From Alphaproteobacteria bacterium (GTDB lineage Bacteria > Pseudomonadota > Alphaproteobacteria > UBA828): DNA of 64,000 nucleotides. A program made the translations under genes and the position numbers. The stretch covers positions 1,344,001-1,408,000 of the forward strand of contig CBDCCI010000002.1 in NCBI GenBank assembly GCA_965214705.1, written 5' to 3'. Below the pieces are notes generated by a model that saw nothing but the letters and a program-made list of their open reading frames with translations, did not search any database and was not told the origin of the DNA. How positions within the stretch are numbered: position 1 is the first letter of the stretch; each line of letters starts with the position of its first letter. Below, in pieces: positions 59,431 to 64,000 of this stretch.

Positions 59431-59988
59431 TATCGATCTCCCTGGATCGCGACGGCGCGCCGCCGGACCGATCCGGCGACGGTCCGTCGCAGGGGTCGAT
59501 GCTAACCACTGGTGATCGGGAGGCTGCTGGGGATCCGCCACCCGACGGGCGGAGCGCCACTGACGCAACCGGGAAGCGAACGCACAGAACAAACGGCACC
59601 CGCGACGCCTCGGAAATGAATGAACTCTACGCCGCTAACTCCGCGTAGCGGCTTCGTTCAAGGGAACCGTACGCAATGAAATTGCTCCCGGTCTCCGGGC
59701 CATCCCAGCCGGAAAGAGGGCCGTCATCGTGTTCACGGTCGACGACGCAAACGAGGAAGTACTCGTTCACGTCGTAAGCTACAGCGGAGCCGATTGGATC
59801 AGCCGCAGCCGCGCGAGAGTCTTGTAGTTCCGCACCGCCGGTGTTCAAAGGTTAACGCCCCGAGTAGCGGTGATTGCAGGGAGACACTCGGTTCCCCAGA
59901 GTATTGCAGGCTGCTCCAGTACGAACGCGGATTCATGCGTAAGACGGAAGCTCTACGATCCATGAACAAAATGGCCGAACGAGGCGAG

Positions 59989-62538
59989 ATGCGTGAAGCC
60001 TGGGGCAAATTCGACGGTGAGAAGACTCATCCACTCGCACATCACTGCATAGATGTCGCCGCGGTCTTTGCGCGGATGATCGAACTGCCGGTCGTTCGAG
60101 ACCGGTTGGATAAGGCGGTCGGAGTGCCGCTGGACGACGTGCAACGACACCGGCTGTCGGCGTTGGTGTTCCTGCACGACATCGGGAAGCTGCATCCGGG
60201 ATTTCAGGCCAAGGGCTGGCCAAACGGGGCATGGTCCGGTCCGGTGCGTGGCCACCTGAAGGAAAGCTGGGCGTTCTTGACGCTCGCCCTCAAGTGGCCG
60301 GAGCATCCATTCAATGGGACGATGCACCGGATAATGACATGGGGCGAGGCGGTCGGCCCTCTCCTCGCCGCAGCGGTCGCGCACCACGGCCGACCCGTGT
60401 CGCCGCCGGCCGGCCCGACGCTCATGGACTGGGATGGGCGATCGTTGCTTCACTACGATTGGCGAGCGGAGGCACGGACGATAGCCGACGCGTTTACCCA
60501 GTGGTTTGCCGGAGCCTTCGATACGGCCGCGGAGCCGTTACCGGATACTCCCCGGTTCCACCATGCGGTCGCCGGACTCGCCGCCCTTGCCGACTGGATC
60601 GGATCGGACCAGCGGTTTTTCGAGTTCCAGGCGCCATTCGATCCATGCTACGACGTCACCGCACATCGTCAGGCGGCACAGGCGCTAAGTACGGTTGGCT
60701 TGGATGTTCGCACGCTTGCCGACGGGTCTGCGCCCGAATTCACGAAGATGACGGGTTTCGCGGCGCCGAGGCCCGCGCAGGACGTAGCGGGTGCGGTGGG
60801 GGCCGAGGCCCGACTGGTCATCCTCGAAGCCGAGACCGGATCGGGCAAGACCGAAGCTGCGCTGTGGCGGTTCGCTCAACTCTTTGCGGCAGGCAAGGTT
60901 TCCGGTCTCTATTTCGCTGTGCCCACGCGCGCGGCGGCGCGCCAGTTACACCGGCGCGTCGTCGAGACGATGCAGCGCACTTTCGGCGAGGACGCGCCGG
61001 AGCCAGTACTGGCCATCCCCGGCATGTTGCGGGCGGGTGAGTTCGACGGCCATCGCCTACCCGGATGGGAGGTGCGATGGGACGACGACAGGGATACGGC
61101 TCCCCGACGTTGGGCGGCCGAACACGCGACCCGATTTCTTGCCGCGACGATTGCCGTGGGCACGGTGGACCAAGCGATGCTCGCGGGCCTTCGAGTCAAG
61201 CACGCGCATCTGCGGGGCAGTGCGCTCAGTCGTAGCATACTGGTGATCGACGAGGTTCATGCTTCCGATGCCTACATGACAGAAGTCCTGAAGCGGCTTC
61301 TTGATGGACATCTCGCGGCCGGCGGATATGCGATGCTGATGTCCGCCACACTCGGCGCGCGAGCACGAGTCCGCTGGACTGGTGAAGCCTTGCCAGACTT
61401 CACGACCGCTCACGCGTTGCCCTATCCAGCGGTCTGGGTGAAGGGGGAACTCGAACCACGTGCCGTCGGCGAAGCGGAGCGCCCAAAGACGGCGCACTTG
61501 GAGACCGTGCCTACGATGGACGCGGTGACGGCGGCGGCGCGGGCTATCTCAGCGGCAGAGCACGGCGCTCGGGTCCTGGTAATCCGCAATACGGTGGCCG
61601 CGGCGGTGGCGACGTGGCGTGCGGTTCTGGAGGCCGAAGCGGAATCCCTGCTCATGCAGGTCGAAGGACATTCTGCGTTGCATCATGGACGGTTCGCCGC
61701 AGAGGACCGCCTCCTCCTGGATCGAGCCGTGGAGGCGGCACTGAAACCGGAACAAGACCGGGAATGCAAAGGCTGCATCGTCATTGGCACGCAGACACTG
61801 GAACAATCCCTCGATATTGACGCCGATTTTCTCGTTACCGACTTGTGTCCGATGGATGTGCTGCTGCAACGGATCGGTCGGCTTCACCGGCATGACATTC
61901 GCCGGCGACCGTCAGACTTCGATAATGCCCGCGTCGCATTGCTGTTACCTGAGGATGGGCTGGACCCACTCGCGAAACCAGCGTTCAAGAACGGACTTGG
62001 CGCGTGGGAGACGCCGGAGGGTATTAACGGGATCTATCGCGATCTCGCGGGGCTCGAGCTGACTTCGCGAGCAATCGCAAAGAATCGGAAATGGCGGATA
62101 CCGCAGATGAACCGTGCGCTGGTCGAGGGTGCTACCCATCCCGAGCACATCGACGCGCTGATCGAAGAGAAGGGCCAGGGCTGGAAGCGTTACGAGAGAA
62201 AGGTCGGCGGTGCGGCCTTGGCCGAAGGCATGATCGCCGAGCTCAACTCCCTGGACCGTGAGGAGCGGTTCGAAGACGCGATCTTTCCCGATTCGGACGA
62301 ACGGATCATTACACGGCTCGGAGAGGAGGGAATCGTGCTGAGGCTCGATCCGCCGCCTGTCGGCCCGTTCGGTCGTTGCATAAGTCGTATTGCCCTGCTG
62401 GCACGCTGGTCCCGCGGCATCGGTATTGACGAACCCGTGGAGATATGCGCCGAAGCGGAGAGTCTTGTCCTGTCGCTCGGGGGTAGGCGGTTCCGCTATT
62501 CGCGAGAGGGGTTGGCAGTCGAAACGGGACGGCCTTGA
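59989..62538 (+). CDS. cas3: Cas3 HD nuclease-helicase (type I-E)
   Basis: HCIDVAA, LHDIGK, LADWIGS, ETGSGKTEAA, DEVH, SAT, QRIGRLHRH; start at MREAWGK inferred. Confidence 0.95.
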   Translation: MREAWGKFDGEKTHPLAHHCIDVAAVFARMIELPVVRDRLDKAVGVPLDDVQRHRLSALVFLHDIGKLHPGFQAKGWPNGAWSGPVRGHLKESWAFLTLALKWPEHPFNGTMHRIMTWGEAVGPLLAAAVAHHGRPVSPPAGPTLMDWDGRSLLHYDWRAEARTIADAFTQWFAGAFDTAAEPLPDTPRFHHAVAGLAALADWIGSDQRFFEFQAPFDPCYDVTAHRQAAQALSTVGLDVRTLADGSAPEFTKMTGFAAPRPAQDVAGAVGAEARLVILEAETGSGKTEAALWRFAQLFAAGKVSGLYFAVPTRAAARQLHRRVVETMQRTFGEDAPEPVLAIPGMLRAGEFDGHRLPGWEVRWDDDRDTAPRRWAAEHATRFLAATIAVGTVDQAMLAGLRVKHAHLRGSALSRSILVIDEVHASDAYMTEVLKRLLDGHLAAGGYAMLMSATLGARARVRWTGEALPDFTTAHALPYPAVWVKGELEPRAVGEAERPKTAHLETVPTMDAVTAAARAISAAEHGARVLVIRNTVAAAVATWRAVLEAEAESLLMQVEGHSALHHGRFAAEDRLLLDRAVEAALKPEQDRECKGCIVIGTQTLEQSLDIDADFLVTDLCPMDVLLQRIGRLHRHDIRRRPSDFDNARVALLLPEDGLDPLAKPAFKNGLGAWETPEGINGIYRDLAGLELTSRAIAKNRKWRIPQMNRALVEGATHPEHIDALIEEKGQGWKRYERKVGGAALAEGMIAELNSLDREERFEDAIFPDSDERIITRLGEEGIVLRLDPPPVGPFGRCISRIALLARWSRGIGIDEPVEICAEAESLVLSLGGRRFRYSREGLAVETGRP

Positions 62539-62563
62539 CAAGAGGCGAGCGAGTTCCTAGTGT
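62535..62563 (+). promoter_or_regulatory. sigma70-type promoter of the cascade operon
   Basis: TTGACA (62535-62540), 17 nt, TAGTGT (62558-62563). Confidence 0.75.
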
Positions 62564-62614
62564 TTCCAAAACAGTGTAACTGGCAGAAGATCATCTTCCC
62601 TAGGAGATCCCACG

Positions 62615-62830
62615 ATGCGCTTCAGCATAGGTCTTGGTTTAGGGGTCGATTGGCGACGCGACAGCCATGTCAACCACCGCTGGACGGCACTTGTGATGCT
62701 GGCGCTTAGCGCCATATGTTATCCCCGAAGCTGGATTCGGGATAGACCTAGTGTGACTGGTACGCCCGTGTCGCACCGGATGGATTCCCCGTTGACTGCG
62801 GGGGTGAGAAGGGACCGGATCGGCGAATGA
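62615..62830 (+). CDS. Putative 71-aa leader ORF spanning the mini-array
   Basis: AGGAG at 62602-62606, 8 nt before ATG; stop overlaps cas8e start (ATGA). Confidence 0.35.
   Translation: MRFSIGLGLGVDWRRDSHVNHRWTALVMLALSAICYPRSWIRDRPSVTGTPVSHRMDSPLTAGVRRDRIGE
62718..62811 (+). CRISPR. Degenerate one-spacer type I-E mini-array (crRNA-like regulatory RNA)
   Basis: GTTATCCCCGAAGCTGGATTCGGGATAGACCT, 32-nt spacer (62750-62781), GGATTCCCCGTTGACTGCGGGGGTGAGAAG; both repeats fold into I-E-like stems. Confidence 0.75.
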
Positions 62831-64000
62831 ATCTCATTTCCGATCCGATCCTGACCCTTGCCGGTCGTACCAGGGCTTCGCTCCCCGGTCTGCTCGCGGC
62901 GATGGCGTGCCGCGAGGTGCGGGGATTTCCGGCGCTGCGTCCACACCAGCGGCCAGCTTGGCACATGTTTCTTGTTCAGCTCGCTGCCCTAGCGCTCTGG
63001 ACGGCTGGCCGCGACGATCAGCCCCTCGACGTCGAATCCTGGGCCGAGACCCTACGTGGGCTGACGGCGGACCATCCGGACGACTCGCCCTGGCGATTAG
63101 CGGTTGCGGATCGGAGCAAGCCCGCCTTCATGCAGGCCCCGGCACCGGACGGATTGAAGTGGTCCGAGGTCCCCACGCCCGACGCACTCGACATGCTCAT
63201 CACCGCGCGCAATCACGACTTGAAGCAGGCGGTCGCGCGGCAGGCGACGGCCGAAGATTGGGTCTACGCCCTGGTGTCGCTGCAGACCTGCGAAGGATAC
63301 GGCGGTAGAGGGAACAACGGGATTGCGCGCATGAACGGCGGTTCGTCCAGCCGCCCGTTGCTGGGCCTCGCGCCGACCCGCGGAGAGGACATGTCCATCA
63401 ATCCCTCAGCTTGGTGGGCGCGGGACGTGAAGCTGTTGTTGGCTGCACGGGAGAAGGGCGCGCATGGCCAACTCGGCACGCAGGGCGGACCGGCACTGCT
63501 TTGGTGCCTCGACTGGCCGGAGGGCCGACAGCTCGACATTCGCACACTCGATCCCTGGTTCATCGAGACTTGCCGCCGCGTGCGCTTGACAGAGTCGGGC
63601 GGGCGGCTATCGGCGCACCGCGCTACTTCTAATGGAACGCGCATCGACGCAAAAGCGCTCAGGGGCAATACCGGCGATCCCTGGACGCCGGTCGACAACA
63701 GTGGCAAGAGCCTGACCCTCAGCGAGAGTGGCGACTTCCACTATCGCCGCCTCTACGACTTGCTGTTCTCCGGCAATTGGAACAGGCCGCTTCTCGCTTG
63801 TCCAGGGGACGACGAGACCGTTGACATGCTCGTCGTGGCGGAGGCGTTCGCGCGCGGCAACAGCAAGACCGGGGGCTTCAAGTCGCGCGTGGTGCCGGTG
63901 CCGGGAAGAGTCTTGCCGCTATTCTCGTCCGGCGATATCGGCAGACTTGCCTCGGAGCAGCTAAAGGAGATCGAGAGCTTCGACAAGGCGCTGGCATATG
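62827..64000 (+). CDS. casA: Cas8e/Cse1 (CasA), truncated by window end
   Basis: MNLISDP, FPALRPHQRPAWHMFLVQL, PAFMQ, NHDLKQ, GIARMNGG, GNSKTGGF; follows cas3. Confidence 0.9.
   Translation, partial: MNLISDPILTLAGRTRASLPGLLAAMACREVRGFPALRPHQRPAWHMFLVQLAALALWTAGRDDQPLDVESWAETLRGLTADHPDDSPWRLAVADRSKPAFMQAPAPDGLKWSEVPTPDALDMLITARNHDLKQAVARQATAEDWVYALVSLQTCEGYGGRGNNGIARMNGGSSSRPLLGLAPTRGEDMSINPSAWWARDVKLLLAAREKGAHGQLGTQGGPALLWCLDWPEGRQLDIRTLDPWFIETCRRVRLTESGGRLSAHRATSNGTRIDAKALRGNTGDPWTPVDNSGKSLTLSESGDFHYRRLYDLLFSGNWNRPLLACPGDDETVDMLVVAEAFARGNSKTGGFKSRVVPVPGRVLPLFSSGDIGRLASEQLKEIESFDKALAY

Larger units (their letters stand above)
56998..59663 (-). mobile_element. Tyrosine recombinase + IS91-family (Y2) transposase element, about 2.67 kb
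   Basis: Bounds set by the split parE; CAAGG at both junctions; inverted 14-mers at 57042-57055 and 59648-59661; 19-bp hairpin 57000-57041. Confidence 0.88.
56844..59827 (+). pseudogene. parE: ParE/RelE toxin split by an IS91-like element
   Basis: ...LAQTPHK (to 56996) joins in frame with GTVRNEIAPGLRAIPAGKRAVIVF...RVL* (59663-59827); 105 aa when restored. Confidence 0.88.

Noticed and set aside
59860-59915. CGGTTCCCC and repeated ATTGCAGG upstream of cas3 as a CRISPR repeat
   Set aside because: No complementary GGGG arm or handle, and no match to the mini-array spacer.

Overview
GC-rich, alphaproteobacterial-looking DNA (host assignment is inference) with two halves. Positions 1-36.3 kb hold chromosomal and catabolic genes. 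These are qor, ruvX, a DMT transporter, a minus-strand cluster (two sugar-type ABC systems, GMC oxidoreductase plus small subunit, Rieske oxygenase alpha/beta), a CYTH-CHAD protein, and a methylated-amine/onium cluster (DMG-dehydrogenase-like flavoprotein, Dpp-type ABC, two DddP-like M24 proteins, 2OG-Fe(II) oxygenase, Rieske oxygenase). This half also carries an IS1595, an IS1634, a MITE and a MunI-like restriction-modification cassette. From about 37 kb to the end lies a mobilizable element. It has a group II intron remnant, AlpA, a VirD4-type coupling protein, an S24 repressor, VapBC, IHF, SSB, a candidate MOBF nic site, a MOBF relaxase-helicase, ParDE, and the start of a type I-E CRISPR-Cas operon. 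Best observations: (1) a cryptic repeat-spacer-repeat unit between cas3 and cas8e whose spacer matches the cas8e promoter next to an AAC PAM, with mismatches exactly at positions 6 and 12 and a translationally coupled uORF running over it; (2) a tyrosine-recombinase + Y2-transposase element with 14-bp inverted motifs, a 19-bp terminal hairpin and a CAAGG duplication that splits parE; (3) uncharacterised leading-region genes, including a four-repeat C4 zinc-finger protein. All calls come from reading motifs by eye; no database searches were run.
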